Source of the DNA: Candidatus Eiseniibacteriota bacterium
GTDB lineage: Bacteria > Eisenbacteria > RBG-16-71-46
DNA: 64,000 nt
Direction of reading: 5' to 3'
NCBI GenBank assembly: GCA_963707915.1
Contig: OY970178.1
Span: 2,944,001 to 3,008,000, forward strand
This document shows positions 51,015 to 61,030 of the stretch, in pieces. Within the stretch, counting starts at the first letter, position 1, and every line of letters begins with the position of its first letter. Position numbers and translations under genes: made by a program. The notes beneath the pieces were generated by a model. That model was given only the letters and a program-made list of their open reading frames with translations. It did not search any database and was not told the DNA's origin.

Positions 51015-51184
51015 TTCTCCCGGCATCAAACGTCTTGCCAACCCATTCGATTGCAACGCCTGGAGACTCGAACTCGCACTCTCGATGAGTTCGAAAGGAG
51101 GTGGCAGCAAACCAGACCTGTTTGCTCGCAACTGAGCCTTGCTCGATCTCAGCAACAGGGTGAACCATCCATGGAGGTGCAACA

Positions 51185-51844
51185 ATGACTGGTGTGATTC
51201 GCAAGGCTACGCTTCTCGTGGTGGCTCTCGGGCTGGTAGCGGCGTCGGTGGCCGTGGCCGGAATCCCCAATGCGGCCAATTGTACCGTCCCGGCGTTCGT
51301 CAGGGTCGTCGGCACGAAGGCTACGGTTCCCGATCCGGTCGGCACGTACAGCGTCACCGTGCGTGACATCGGCAACTTCCCGGTCGCCGGCAGCGTCGTT
51401 TCGCTGGACTTCACGGCCTGCACCGACATGAAGCTCTGCAACGCCGCCAACGTGATTTGCACGCCTGCCCAGATCACCGCGACCGCGAACGGCTCCGGCG
51501 TCGCGACGTTCATCGTCGTCGGCGGCGGCCTGCATCCCGGTGGCGCGTTCGCTGGCGTCGGCGCTGGCTGCGTCACGGTCCGGGCCGACGGCTACATCAT
51601 CGGCACCGCCTCCGCGAACGTGTACGACCTGAACGGCGCGCTTCCCGGCGCTGGCAAGAACGGCGTCCTGATCACCGACCTGCCGCTCTTCCTGGCGGAC
51701 TGGGCTGGTGGCGCCGGACCGTACAAGGCCCGTTCGGACTTCAATCAGAGTGGCACGCTGGCCATCACGGACCTGCCGCCCTGGCTCGCGGTCTGGGGTC
51801 CTGCCAACTCGTCGGGCGGCTGCGCCACCACGTACTGCCCGTAG
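51185..51844 (+). CDS. Secreted Cys-rich protein with an Ig-like (Big_1-like) domain and a C-terminal dockerin-like duplicated Ca-loop motif
   Basis: Signal peptide; VTVRDIGNFPVAGSVVSLDF; DLNG..NGVLITDLPLFL and DFNQSGTLAITDLPPWL; GGAGG RBS. Confidence 0.75.
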   Translation: MTGVIRKATLLVVALGLVAASVAVAGIPNAANCTVPAFVRVVGTKATVPDPVGTYSVTVRDIGNFPVAGSVVSLDFTACTDMKLCNAANVICTPAQITATANGSGVATFIVVGGGLHPGGAFAGVGAGCVTVRADGYIIGTASANVYDLNGALPGAGKNGVLITDLPLFLADWAGGAGPYKARSDFNQSGTLAITDLPPWLAVWGPANSSGGCATTYCP

Positions 51845-51998
51845 TCGAGGTGGACAATTCGAGGGTCGCACTTCATGATACCGTCGCATGACTCTAGCGA
51901 AAGGTGGTGATGTGACGACCCGCGAAGCGATTCTCAATCGGTAGATGAAAAGACAGTCTCCCCCGTTACCCCCTAGGCTCTGCATCTTGGAGGAAGCA

Positions 51999-52790
51999 AT
52001 GAAGAAGATCATCCTCACCGGTATGCTGCTTTGCCTGACTGCCTCGATGGCGTTGGCCGCCGGCCTCAACTTCAACTGGAACACCGGCATGAACTGCCCG
52101 GTCGACCAGGTCGCCGGCAAGAGCCTGACGTGGGACTGCCTGGATCCGGGCGCCAACGACGGCGTGTTCTACATGATCGCTTCGGTCATGCCGAACATCG
52201 CGGTGGTCGGCTTCAACGCCATGGACGCCCGCATCGACGGCCAGTCGGCCGGCCCGATCGCTCCCTGGTGGCAGGCGTTCAACGCCGGTTCGTGCCGTGA
52301 GGCGGCCTTCACGCCTGGCGTCATCGGAACCAACCCCATCGCTCCCTGCGCTGGCACCGCGACCACGAAGCTGTGGACGACCGCTGCGTACGGCGGCATG
52401 GGTGCGTGGACGATCAACGGCAACCGGTTCTTCACGGTCATCGGCTTCGCGACGGCTGCGAACCGCGTCGCCAACCTGAACAACACGACCACCCAGTACA
52501 ACGTGTTCAACGTCCAGATGATGACGTCGAACTCGCTGGACGTCCCCGAGTCCGAGCCCGGCGCGGGCGACGGCATCGTCGCTTGCCCCGGCTGCGCCGA
52601 CGGCATGACGCTCGTGCTGAACCAGATCGGCCTGTACGGCTCCGCCGCTGAGGACCAGGTCATGCTGCCTGCCACCCTCGCGAATGCCTCCCAGTGCATC
52701 ACGTGGCAGGGCGGCGCTGGCGCTGGCGTGTGCGGTGCGACTCCTGCCCGCAACACGACCTGGGGCCAGGTCAAGAGCCTGTACCGGTAG
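51999..52790 (+). CDS. Secreted Cys-rich beta-sandwich protein with TWGQVKSLYR tail
   Basis: Signal MKKIILTGMLLCLTASMALA; GGAGG RBS; CPGC motif; paralog of the next gene. Confidence 0.8.
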   Translation: MKKIILTGMLLCLTASMALAAGLNFNWNTGMNCPVDQVAGKSLTWDCLDPGANDGVFYMIASVMPNIAVVGFNAMDARIDGQSAGPIAPWWQAFNAGSCREAAFTPGVIGTNPIAPCAGTATTKLWTTAAYGGMGAWTINGNRFFTVIGFATAANRVANLNNTTTQYNVFNVQMMTSNSLDVPESEPGAGDGIVACPGCADGMTLVLNQIGLYGSAAEDQVMLPATLANASQCITWQGGAGAGVCGATPARNTTWGQVKSLYR

Positions 52791-52810
52791 TCTTCTGCAG
52801 AACGAACACC

Positions 52811-52850
52811 ACGGCGGCCACCTCTTCGGAGGTGGCCGCCGTTTCTTCTT
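52811..52850 (+). terminator. Rho-independent terminator
   Basis: ACGGCGGCCACCTC-TTCG-GAGGTGGCCGCCGT followed by TTCTTCTT. Confidence 0.9.
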
Positions 52851-52932
52851 CCGCCGCGATGGTCGCGCCTCCCGCCCCGCTCGTCCGGCCGGCGCTTGGG
52901 GATGGCCGACGGCGTGGGCTAGTATCGGCCGC

Positions 52933-53700
52933 GTGAACGCGCTCCGTCCGAACCCGGCGCTCGCGGCGCTCCTGCTGACGGCCCTGCTGGGCTGCCTGGC
53001 CTGCCCGGCCGTGCGCGCCGACGAGGGGCTCTTCCTCACCTGGGGCGATTGCGCGCTGGGGACGTCCACGCATGACCTCTGGAGCGCCTGCGACACGAAC
53101 CTGGGTGACCAGAAGCTCTTCTGCGCCTTCCGCGTGCCCTTCGCGGCCGACAGCGTGCTGGGCCTCGAGGTGGTGGTGGACCTGCAGCACTCGGCCCCGA
53201 CCCTGCCCGCCTGGTGGCTGTTCGCCCCCGGGGGTTGCCGCGCCGGGGTCCTGCGGCCGTCCTTCGACTTCACCGGGCGGACGGCGTGCCGCGACTTCTT
53301 CGGGGGAAACGCGAGCGGGACGCTGCAGAGCTACACGGTGGGGCAGCCGGGCGGCGCGGCCAACCAGGCCCGCATCCGGACGGCGGCGGCGATGCTCCCC
53401 GGGTACGGCTACGCCACGCTCGACGCCGCCGAGACGTACTACGCGGCGATCCTGCCCATCCCCGATGACAACACGGTGGGCGTCACGGCCTGCGCCGGCT
53501 GCGCCGGGCCCGCCTGCCTGGTGCTCAACTCGATCACGGTGCGCCGCCAGCCCGGGGCGACCGGCGGCGACATCGTGCTGGCCGCGCCGGGGCCGGGCAA
53601 CGCCAACTTCGCCACCTGGCAGGGCGGCGCGGGCGCGAATTGCGCCGCCGTCCCCGTGCGATCCATGACCTGGGGCCGGATCAAGGGGCTCTACCGATGA
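52933..53700 (+). CDS. Secreted Cys-rich paralog of 51999-52790 with TWGRIKGLYR tail (probably leaderless)
   Basis: GLFLTWGDC, PAWW..GGCR, CAGC..CLVLN and ATWQGGAG..C; TAGTAT -10 box ends 7 nt before the GTG. Confidence 0.8.
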   Translation: MNALRPNPALAALLLTALLGCLACPAVRADEGLFLTWGDCALGTSTHDLWSACDTNLGDQKLFCAFRVPFAADSVLGLEVVVDLQHSAPTLPAWWLFAPGGCRAGVLRPSFDFTGRTACRDFFGGNASGTLQSYTVGQPGGAANQARIRTAAAMLPGYGYATLDAAETYYAAILPIPDDNTVGVTACAGCAGPACLVLNSITVRRQPGATGGDIVLAAPGPGNANFATWQGGAGANCAAVPVRSMTWGRIKGLYR

Positions 53701-54563
53701 TGACGCGTCCCGCCCGGACCCTGGGCGCGCTGGGTGCGCTCGCCACCGCCGCCGTGCTGCTCGGGGGCGCGGTCCCCGTCGCCGTGCGGTCCCCCGCGCG
53801 GTCCGCGCCCGCGGCCGTGTCCGCCGCCGGCGCTGCGGGCGCCGACTCGCTGGCCGCCGTGCGGAGCCGGGGCGACAGCCTGGGCCCGGAGTGGGCGCAG
53901 AGCGACTCGTTCGCCCCGCCGCAGCTCTACCTGGCCTGGCACGCGCCCTACGGCATGCCCGGCGCCACCGACACCATCTCCTTCGGGGCCGGCGACTCGA
54001 ACCGCGTGGACACCCTCTACATGTCCTTCGAGACCGGCCGGCACGTCGGCCGCTTCCTGGGCATGTTCGCCCGGCTCACCTTCCATCCCGCTGCCGGGGA
54101 CTCGCTCGGCTCCTACTGGAACTACGATTACGGGTGGCCGAACTACCGCAACGTGGAGATCCAGTTCGACCCCGACGGCACGTTCCCCTGCCCGCAGCCG
54201 TGGATTCGCGCCGGCGCCGGTTTCCCCGACTTCACGTTCGACCCCACCGGGGCAAGGCTGGAGTTGTTCTACCTCAACCTGAACCTGCCGAGCGTCATCC
54301 CGGTGGACGGCACCGTGCGGTACTGCTACGCGCGGGTGATGTTCCGGCAGAGACGATGGAACCTGCCGGGAGCGCGCCAGCCGGTCTGCATCGAGTGGTC
54401 GCGCGCGGTCTTCTCGGCGGGCCACGAGGATGCGGTCGCGCGCGGCGGGATCGGGCGCAGCGTCTCGGTCAACTCGCCGGACGGGAGCGTGAGCGCCCCG
54501 TACCGCCGCGCCCCCGGTCCCGTCCCCTGGTCGCCGAACGCCAACCCCCACCTCAAGCGCTGA
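53697..54563 (+). CDS. Exported protein, divergent third member of the same family, no TWG tail
   Basis: ATGA overlap; signal peptide; QLYLAW, CPQPW and PVCIEW echo motifs of the upstream paralogs. Confidence 0.65.
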   Translation: MMTRPARTLGALGALATAAVLLGGAVPVAVRSPARSAPAAVSAAGAAGADSLAAVRSRGDSLGPEWAQSDSFAPPQLYLAWHAPYGMPGATDTISFGAGDSNRVDTLYMSFETGRHVGRFLGMFARLTFHPAAGDSLGSYWNYDYGWPNYRNVEIQFDPDGTFPCPQPWIRAGAGFPDFTFDPTGARLELFYLNLNLPSVIPVDGTVRYCYARVMFRQRRWNLPGARQPVCIEWSRAVFSAGHEDAVARGGIGRSVSVNSPDGSVSAPYRRAPGPVPWSPNANPHLKR

Positions 54564-54686
54564 GTCGCGTTCCGAGGATCGGGTCCGGGGGCGCGGCGCC
54601 GCCCGGGCCGCGCCGCTCGAACGAGACGCCGGGGAGCGCACCGCCCCCCGGCGTTCCCGGTCCGGGAACCATCCCCGGCGCGCGGC

Positions 54687-56516
54687 TCAGTCGTCCAGCG
54701 GGTCGGTGAGCCTGATCAGCATGACGCGCTCGGGATGGAGCACGATGCGGTGTCCCGCCCGGTGGCGGGCGATGAATTCCTTCAGCATCTTCTCCGCCTT
54801 GATGTTCTGCAACGACTCGTCCACGATCTTCTCGACCTCGTCGTAGCGGAGTTGGCGGCCGGCGTCGTGTTCGAGCTTCTGCAGCACCGCGTACTCGCCG
54901 TTCTTGATCGGCCCCTGCACCAGGACGTCGCCCGGCTTCAGCTCCTGGGCGAGGAGGGCGAAGAACGGGCCCGGCTGGTTCTCGCGCTCGAAGCGGATCG
55001 AGCCGGTGCTCCGGCCCAGCCGCAGCGAGTCCTCCCGCAGGATCGCCTCGGCCTTCTCGCCGCGGCGCAGCCGTTCGGCCAGCGAGTCGGCCGCCGCCCT
55101 CGTGGCCCGCGGGATGGCCGCGTAGCGCACGCCCTGGTAGCTCCAGAACTCGGGGAGCCGCGACTGGTAGTACTGCTGGCGCTCCGCGGGGGTGACCCAG
55201 ATCTTCGACTCGATGGAGTCCTGGAACAGGTGCCCCACCATGAGCTCCTCGCGCTTCCGCTCGATCTGGGCGATCGTCAGCGGGTCGCGGTCGACGCCGC
55301 GCTCGGTGCCGAGCTCGGCCATGTAGGGCTCGAGGACGCTGCCGTCGAGGAACGAGCGGAACGTCTCGTAGGTGTACACGTCGGGGCGGCTCAGCGGCGT
55401 CATGGCGCGGTAGACCGAGATGAAACGGCCCATCGTGAACTGCCCGTTCTTCCAGCGGGCGAGCACGCGCGCGGTGTCGGACGTGGTGAGCCGGGGGAGC
55501 CGGTCCCTCATGTCCAGCACCGGGGTGCCGTCCTCCCGGCTCTTCACCGGCACCACCCTCGCGAACTGGGACGCGGCCCACGCGATGTTCGTGCTGTCGT
55601 AGGTCAACCCGGCGCGTTCCCGCAGGATGACGCGCAGCTCCTCGACCCGTTGGCTGACCATCAGCGGGGCGAGCTGGAAGGACAGGATCTCGCGCATCCG
55701 CTCGTAGGGCGGTATCAGGATCGGCTTGCGCCCCAGCAGGCGGAACACCTGGAATCCGTTCCGGTTCAGGAACACCGTCGAGAGCTCGCCCTCCTTCAGC
55801 TCCCACAGGCGGTCGGCCTGGTCGAGCGGGACCGCGGAGCGCTGCAGCCAGCCCGTGTCGCCGTCCGGCCCGGAGTCCTGCTGCGCGACGGAGAAGCGCG
55901 CCACCGCCGCGGGCCAGACGATCCGGCCGGCCGCCAGCTCCGCGCGCGCCTGCTCGGCCTCGGCGCGCGTGGCGGTCTGGATGTGCTGGAAGTGCCGAAT
56001 GGAGCAGCTCTGCTCGTAGGCGTGCCGCAGGTCCGCTTCGGAGGCCCGGGCGGAGTCCTGCACCAGGCGCTGGAAGGTCATGTTCGAGAGGACCCGCTGC
56101 GTGTGCTCGCGCAGCGTCGCGCGGTCCTCGAAGCCGAATGGCTTGTTCACCTGGCGGGCCAGCCGGGCGAGGACCTCCTTGTCGGCCATGGTCGTGAGGA
56201 ACGTGACCCGCCCGGTGCTGTCTCCCGGCGGACGGTCCAGCGCGTAGGAGGCGAACCAGGACTGGCGGAACTCCCCGACGGTGAAGTTCCGGTCGTCCAC
56301 GCTCCCGAGCAGGGCCGTGTCGGGGAGGAACTGGCCGGTGTCGGGGACGCCGTTCACGTAGCGCAGGGGCTGGCGGGCGGCCGGAGCCGGCTGCGAATCG
56401 GCCGGGGCGCCGGGCCTCCCGGCCGCGGGCGTCCAGGGCTTCACCGCCGGGGCGGCGGCGAAGGTCGCGGTTCCGAGCAGGAGCAGGCCGAGCGTGGCGA
56501 GCGTGCGACGTCTCAT
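54687..56516 (-). CDS. SurA/PrsA-like periplasmic chaperone with PpiC-type (parvulin) domains
   Basis: Signal peptide; FTVGEF; QHIQ..AEAEQAR..ARFS..GDTGW; second degenerate parvulin domain. Confidence 0.8.
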   Translation of the reverse strand: MRRRTLATLGLLLLGTATFAAAPAVKPWTPAAGRPGAPADSQPAPAARQPLRYVNGVPDTGQFLPDTALLGSVDDRNFTVGEFRQSWFASYALDRPPGDSTGRVTFLTTMADKEVLARLARQVNKPFGFEDRATLREHTQRVLSNMTFQRLVQDSARASEADLRHAYEQSCSIRHFQHIQTATRAEAEQARAELAAGRIVWPAAVARFSVAQQDSGPDGDTGWLQRSAVPLDQADRLWELKEGELSTVFLNRNGFQVFRLLGRKPILIPPYERMREILSFQLAPLMVSQRVEELRVILRERAGLTYDSTNIAWAASQFARVVPVKSREDGTPVLDMRDRLPRLTTSDTARVLARWKNGQFTMGRFISVYRAMTPLSRPDVYTYETFRSFLDGSVLEPYMAELGTERGVDRDPLTIAQIERKREELMVGHLFQDSIESKIWVTPAERQQYYQSRLPEFWSYQGVRYAAIPRATRAAADSLAERLRRGEKAEAILREDSLRLGRSTGSIRFERENQPGPFFALLAQELKPGDVLVQGPIKNGEYAVLQKLEHDAGRQLRYDEVEKIVDESLQNIKAEKMLKEFIARHRAGHRIVLHPERVMLIRLTDPLDD

Positions 56517-56628
56517 GAGCATCTCCAGTGGGCGGCCCGGAGGACCGGGCCGGGGGGGGAGTCGAAGGACACAAAAGTCTAGGGGCGGCGCCGGGGACGG
56601 TCAAACCCGCCCCCGGCGCCGCCGGGGC

Positions 56629-59600
56629 TCAGGCGGCCGGCGTCACCCGGCGTCCGCGCACCCGGTGCTGGAGCGCGTCGAGGTAGGTGTAGACCACCGG
56701 CGTGATGTAGAGCGTGATGAGCTGCGAGAACGCCAGCCCGCCCACCACGGCCAGGCCCAGCGGGCGGCGCGCCTCGGCGCCCGCGCCGAAGCCGATCGCG
56801 ATCGGCAGCGTGCCCATCAGCGCGGCGAAGGTGGTCATCATGATCGGGCGGAAGCGGACGCTGCACGCCTGCAGGATCGCCTCGCGCGCCGACTTGCCCT
56901 CGTTGCGCTCGGCCTCGAGCGCGAAGTCGATCATCATGATGGCGTTCTTCTTGACCAGCCCCACCAGCATGATGATGCCGACGTAGGCGTAGATGGTCAG
57001 CTCGGTGCGGAAGACCAGCAGCGTGAGCAGCGCGCCGAAGGCCGCGAACGGCAGCCCCGAGAGGATCGTGAGCGGGTGGATGAAGCTCTCGTAGAGGATG
57101 CCGAGCACCAGGTAGATCACCAGGATCGCGAGCACCAGCAGCGCCAGCAGCCCCTTCTGGCTCGACTGGAACACCTGCGCGGTGCCGAAGAAGCCGGTGG
57201 TGATGGTGGAGGGCAGCACCTCGCGCGCGGTGCGCTCCACCGCCGCGGTGGCGGTGCCGAGTGACACGCCCGAGCGCAGGTTGAAGGAGATGGTCACCGC
57301 CGGGATCTGGCCCTGGTGGTTCATGGTGAGCGGGCCCACGCTCGGCGAGAGCTTCGCCACCGCGCCGAGCGGCACCTGCTCGCCGCCCGAGGAGCGCACC
57401 GTCAGCAGCGAGAGCGCCGAGGCGTCCAGCTGGTACTGGGGCATCAGCTCCATGATGACCCAGTACTGGTCGCTGGGCGTGAGGATGGTCGAGACCTGGC
57501 CCGAGCCGTACGCGCTCGCCAGGGCGTCCTGGATCTGGAAGACGGAGATGCCCAGCGCCGAGGCGCGGTCGCGGTCGATCTCCACGTGCACCTGCGGGTT
57601 CTTGATCTGCAGGTCGCTGGTCACGTCCTGCAGCTCGGGCGCCTGGTTGAGCCGGGCCAGCAGGTCGGCGGCGCCCTGGTAGAGCGCCTCGACGTCGGTG
57701 CTCTGCAGGGTGAACTGGTACTGGCTGCGCGCGACGCGCCCGCCCACGCTGATGACCGGCGGGTTGACCAGGTAGGCGCGGATGCCGGGGATGCGCGAAA
57801 GCTTCGGTTGCAGCTCCTTGATGACCTCGTCGGCCGAGAGCCGGCGCTTCGCGCGCGGCTTGAGCCGGATGAACACCCGTCCCGAGTTCGCCCCGCCACC
57901 GCCGCCGCCGCCCGCCGAGGACATGATGCTCTCGACGTTGGGATCGGCGGCGATGACGTCCGCCACCAGCTTCTGGTGCCGCACCATGGACTGGAACGAG
58001 GTGCCCTCGGCGGTCTCGGTGCTGCAGTTGATCAGCCCGGTGTCCTCGCTCGGGATGAAGCCCTTGGGCACGACCCGGAAGAGCAGGACGGTGCCGATCA
58101 GGATCGCCAGCGAGGCGGCCATCGCGGAGCGGCGGTGGTCCATGACCCACTCGAGCGAGACCTGGTAGAGCCGGAGCGAGTCCAGGTAGACGCGCTCGAT
58201 GGCCTCGTAGGCGCGCCCGTGCCGGACCGCGTGCTCGGGCTTGAGGAAGCGGCTGCAGAGCATCGGCGTGAGCGTGAGCGAGACGAAGCCCGACACCAGG
58301 ATGGCGACGCTGATGGTGATCGCGAACTCGTGGAACAGGCGCCCGAGGATGCCGCCCATCAGCAGCACGGGGATGAACACGGCCACCAGCGAGACGGTCA
58401 TCGAGAGGATGGTGAAGCCGATCTCGCGCGAGCCGTCGAGCGCCGCCTGCAGGGGGCGCTTGCCCATCTCCATGTGGCGGTGGATGTTCTCGAGCATCAC
58501 GATGGCGTCGTCCACCACGAAGCCGACCGAGAGCGTGAGCGCCATCAGCGACAGGTTGTCGAGGCTGAACTTGAGCTGGTGCATCGCCGCGAACGTGCCC
58601 ACCACCGAGAGCGGCAGCGCCAGGCTGGGGATGATGGTGGCCGGCAGGTTCCGCAGGAACAGGAAGATCACCAGGATCACCAGCAGCAGCGTGAGCAGCA
58701 GCGTGAACTGGACGTCCGTGACCGAGTTGCGGATGGACTCGGAGCGGTCGTACATGATGTTCGCGTCCACCGAGGCCGGCAGCTGGGGGCGCAGCCGCTC
58801 GATCATGGCGCGCACGTCGCGCGAGACCTGCACCGTGTTGGTGCCGGGCTGGCGCTGGATGGCGAGCATGACGGCCCGCTGGCCCCGGTACCAGGCCGCG
58901 TTCCGGTTGTTCTGCACGTCGTCGATCACGCGCCCGAGGTCGCGCAGGCGGACCGCGCGCCCGTTGCGCCAGGCCACGATCAGGTCGCCGAAGCCCTTGG
59001 CGTCCTGCAGCTGGCCCGAGGCCTCGACCGTGGTCGTGCGGTTCGGGCCCCAGAGGATGCCGGTCGGCAGGTTCACGTTGCCGGCGCCGATGATGTCGGG
59101 CAGCTCGGCGATGCCGATGCCCAGCTGGTTGAGCGCCTTCGGGTCGAGCTGGATGCGGACCGCGAACTTCTGCGAGCCGTAGACCTGCACCGCGGCGACG
59201 CCGTTCACCATCGAGAGGCGCTGCGCGAGGAATCCCTCGGCGTACTCGTTCAGCCGCGGCAGCGGCATCATGGACGAGGTCAGCGTCATCATCAGGACCG
59301 GCGAGTCCGCCGGGTTCACCTTCTGGTAGGAGGGCGGGATGATGCCGGTCGGCAGCCGGCGTTGCACGTGCGCGATGGCCGCGTTCACGTCCTGCGCGGC
59401 GGCGTCGATGTCGCGGTCGAGCACGAACTGCAGCGTGATGCTGGTGCTGCCCTGGCCGGACGACGAGGTCATGACCTCGATGCCGGGGATGGTCGAGAAC
59501 TCCTTCTCGAGCGGGGTGGCCACGGTCGAGGCCATGGTCTCGGGCGAGGCGCCGGGCAGGCTCGCGCCCACCGAGATGATGGGGTAGTCCACGTTCGGCA

Positions 59601-59709
59601 CGTCGCTCACCGGCAGCAGCGTGTAGCCGATGAAGCCGAAGAACAGGATGCCGATCATGACCAGCGTGGTCGCGACCGGCCGCTGGATGAAGAGCGCGGA
59701 GAAGTTCAC
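56629..59709 (-). CDS. RND efflux permease, MdtB/MdtC-like
   Basis: FIQRPVAT, LPGASPETMA, GFVVDDAIVMLEN, LYESFIHPLTIL, KKNAIMMIDFA and RFRPIMMT. Confidence 0.95.
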   Translation of the reverse strand: MNFSALFIQRPVATTLVMIGILFFGFIGYTLLPVSDVPNVDYPIISVGASLPGASPETMASTVATPLEKEFSTIPGIEVMTSSSGQGSTSITLQFVLDRDIDAAAQDVNAAIAHVQRRLPTGIIPPSYQKVNPADSPVLMMTLTSSMMPLPRLNEYAEGFLAQRLSMVNGVAAVQVYGSQKFAVRIQLDPKALNQLGIGIAELPDIIGAGNVNLPTGILWGPNRTTTVEASGQLQDAKGFGDLIVAWRNGRAVRLRDLGRVIDDVQNNRNAAWYRGQRAVMLAIQRQPGTNTVQVSRDVRAMIERLRPQLPASVDANIMYDRSESIRNSVTDVQFTLLLTLLLVILVIFLFLRNLPATIIPSLALPLSVVGTFAAMHQLKFSLDNLSLMALTLSVGFVVDDAIVMLENIHRHMEMGKRPLQAALDGSREIGFTILSMTVSLVAVFIPVLLMGGILGRLFHEFAITISVAILVSGFVSLTLTPMLCSRFLKPEHAVRHGRAYEAIERVYLDSLRLYQVSLEWVMDHRRSAMAASLAILIGTVLLFRVVPKGFIPSEDTGLINCSTETAEGTSFQSMVRHQKLVADVIAADPNVESIMSSAGGGGGGGANSGRVFIRLKPRAKRRLSADEVIKELQPKLSRIPGIRAYLVNPPVISVGGRVARSQYQFTLQSTDVEALYQGAADLLARLNQAPELQDVTSDLQIKNPQVHVEIDRDRASALGISVFQIQDALASAYGSGQVSTILTPSDQYWVIMELMPQYQLDASALSLLTVRSSGGEQVPLGAVAKLSPSVGPLTMNHQGQIPAVTISFNLRSGVSLGTATAAVERTAREVLPSTITTGFFGTAQVFQSSQKGLLALLVLAILVIYLVLGILYESFIHPLTILSGLPFAAFGALLTLLVFRTELTIYAYVGIIMLVGLVKKNAIMMIDFALEAERNEGKSAREAILQACSVRFRPIMMTTFAALMGTLPIAIGFGAGAEARRPLGLAVVGGLAFSQLITLYITPVVYTYLDALQHRVRGRRVTPAA

Positions 59710-60878
59710 GGCCGCACGCCCTGGCCGGCCTTCCGCACCAGCACCTTCGCGCCCGGCGCGAGCCGGAACTGCCCGTCGGTCACCACCGTCTCGCCGGGCT
59801 TGAGCCCGGACGCGAGCACGGCCGTCACGTCGTCGGTGCGCTTCACCACGACCGGCCGCGGGGTCGCCGTCGAGTCCGCGTTCAGCACGTAGACGTAGGC
59901 GCCCTGCTGGCCGTTGGTGACGGCCGGCGCCGGCACCACGATGCAGTCGGGCTCGACCGCGAGCACCAGGCGCACCTCCACGAACTCGCCCGGCCACAGC
60001 TTCCCGTCGCCGTTCGCGAACTCGCCCTTGAGCAGCAGCGTGCCGGTGGCCGGGTCCAGCGCGTTGTCCACGAAGGCGAGCCGGCCCGCGATGTCGGTCG
60101 AGTCGCCCGCCGAGACGCGCACCAGGACCCTCGGGGCCGCGTTGCGGTAGCGCTGGACCAGCGGGATCTGGTCCTGCGGCACGGTGAAGCCCACGCGGAT
60201 GGGCTGGACCCGGTTGACGGTCACCAGCGGCTCGCTGGTGCCGGCCTTGACCAGGTCGCCGACGTGCACGTTGAGCCGGCCGGTGCGTCCCGTGATCGGC
60301 GCGCGGATGCCGGAGAACTCCAGGTTGAGCCGCGCGTTCGCGACCGTGCCCGAGTCGGCCCGCACCGAGGCCTGCAGGGCGTCGGCCGCGGCCGTCGCCT
60401 TGTCGTGGTCCGCGGCGGAGATGAGGTTCTGCTCGAGCAGCCGGTCGGCGCGCTCGGCGTCCAGCCGCGCGCTCTGCAGTTGCGCCAGGTCGCGGGCCAG
60501 CACGCCGCTGGCCTGCTCGAGCGCCGCGCGGAAGGGCCGCGCGTCCAGCTCGATCAGCGTCTGCCCCGCCCGCACGTCCTGGCCTTCGCGGAAGGCGATG
60601 CGCACGACCACCCCGCCGACCTGCGAGCCCACGTCGGCCGTCTCGACCGGCTCGATCGTGCCCGTGGTGATGATCTGCACCGGCATGCGGCGCTGCTCGG
60701 CGCGCGCGACCGTGACCGCCACGCGCGGCTGGCGCTGCGCCTTCTTCGCCCCGCAGCCCGGGAGCGCCGCGAGCAGCAGCAGGGCCGCGCAGGCCGCGAG
60801 CAGGGCCCCGGCCGCCGGGCGCGGGGACCGCGTTCCGGGGCGGGAGGGTGACGTTCGTTCGAGCGCTTCGAATCGCAT
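59706..60878 (-). CDS. RND periplasmic adaptor (MdtA-like) lipoprotein
   Basis: Lipobox LPGC; IRAPITGRTG; DNALDPATGT; LWPGEFV. Confidence 0.93.
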   Translation of the reverse strand: MRFEALERTSPSRPGTRSPRPAAGALLAACAALLLLAALPGCGAKKAQRQPRVAVTVARAEQRRMPVQIITTGTIEPVETADVGSQVGGVVVRIAFREGQDVRAGQTLIELDARPFRAALEQASGVLARDLAQLQSARLDAERADRLLEQNLISAADHDKATAAADALQASVRADSGTVANARLNLEFSGIRAPITGRTGRLNVHVGDLVKAGTSEPLVTVNRVQPIRVGFTVPQDQIPLVQRYRNAAPRVLVRVSAGDSTDIAGRLAFVDNALDPATGTLLLKGEFANGDGKLWPGEFVEVRLVLAVEPDCIVVPAPAVTNGQQGAYVYVLNADSTATPRPVVVKRTDDVTAVLASGLKPGETVVTDGQFRLAPGAKVLVRKAGQGVRP

Positions 60879-61030
60879 GGGTTCGTTCCCGTCATCCCGC
60901 GCCGTCGCGCAGGCCTGTGGGTGGAGTGGCGTGCAACCAGGGCAACAGGGGCCTCCACACTATACAACGCTGCGAGCCGACGACGACACGCGCCGGGGCG
61001 CGGGAACGCGGTCCGGGAGCCCTGCCGGCT

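Noticed and set aside
50870..54563. Island integrated at tRNA-Val (lower-GC intergenic DNA, shifted codon usage)
   Set aside because: No att repeat or mobility gene. The proteins carry the host-typical TWG tail, so high expression explains the codon shift better.
45523..54678. Similar 18-bp imperfect palindromes CCGGGA..TCCCCGG at 45523, 50316 and 54661
   Set aside because: Almost all G/C with variable centres; not distinguishable from chance without a genome-wide count.
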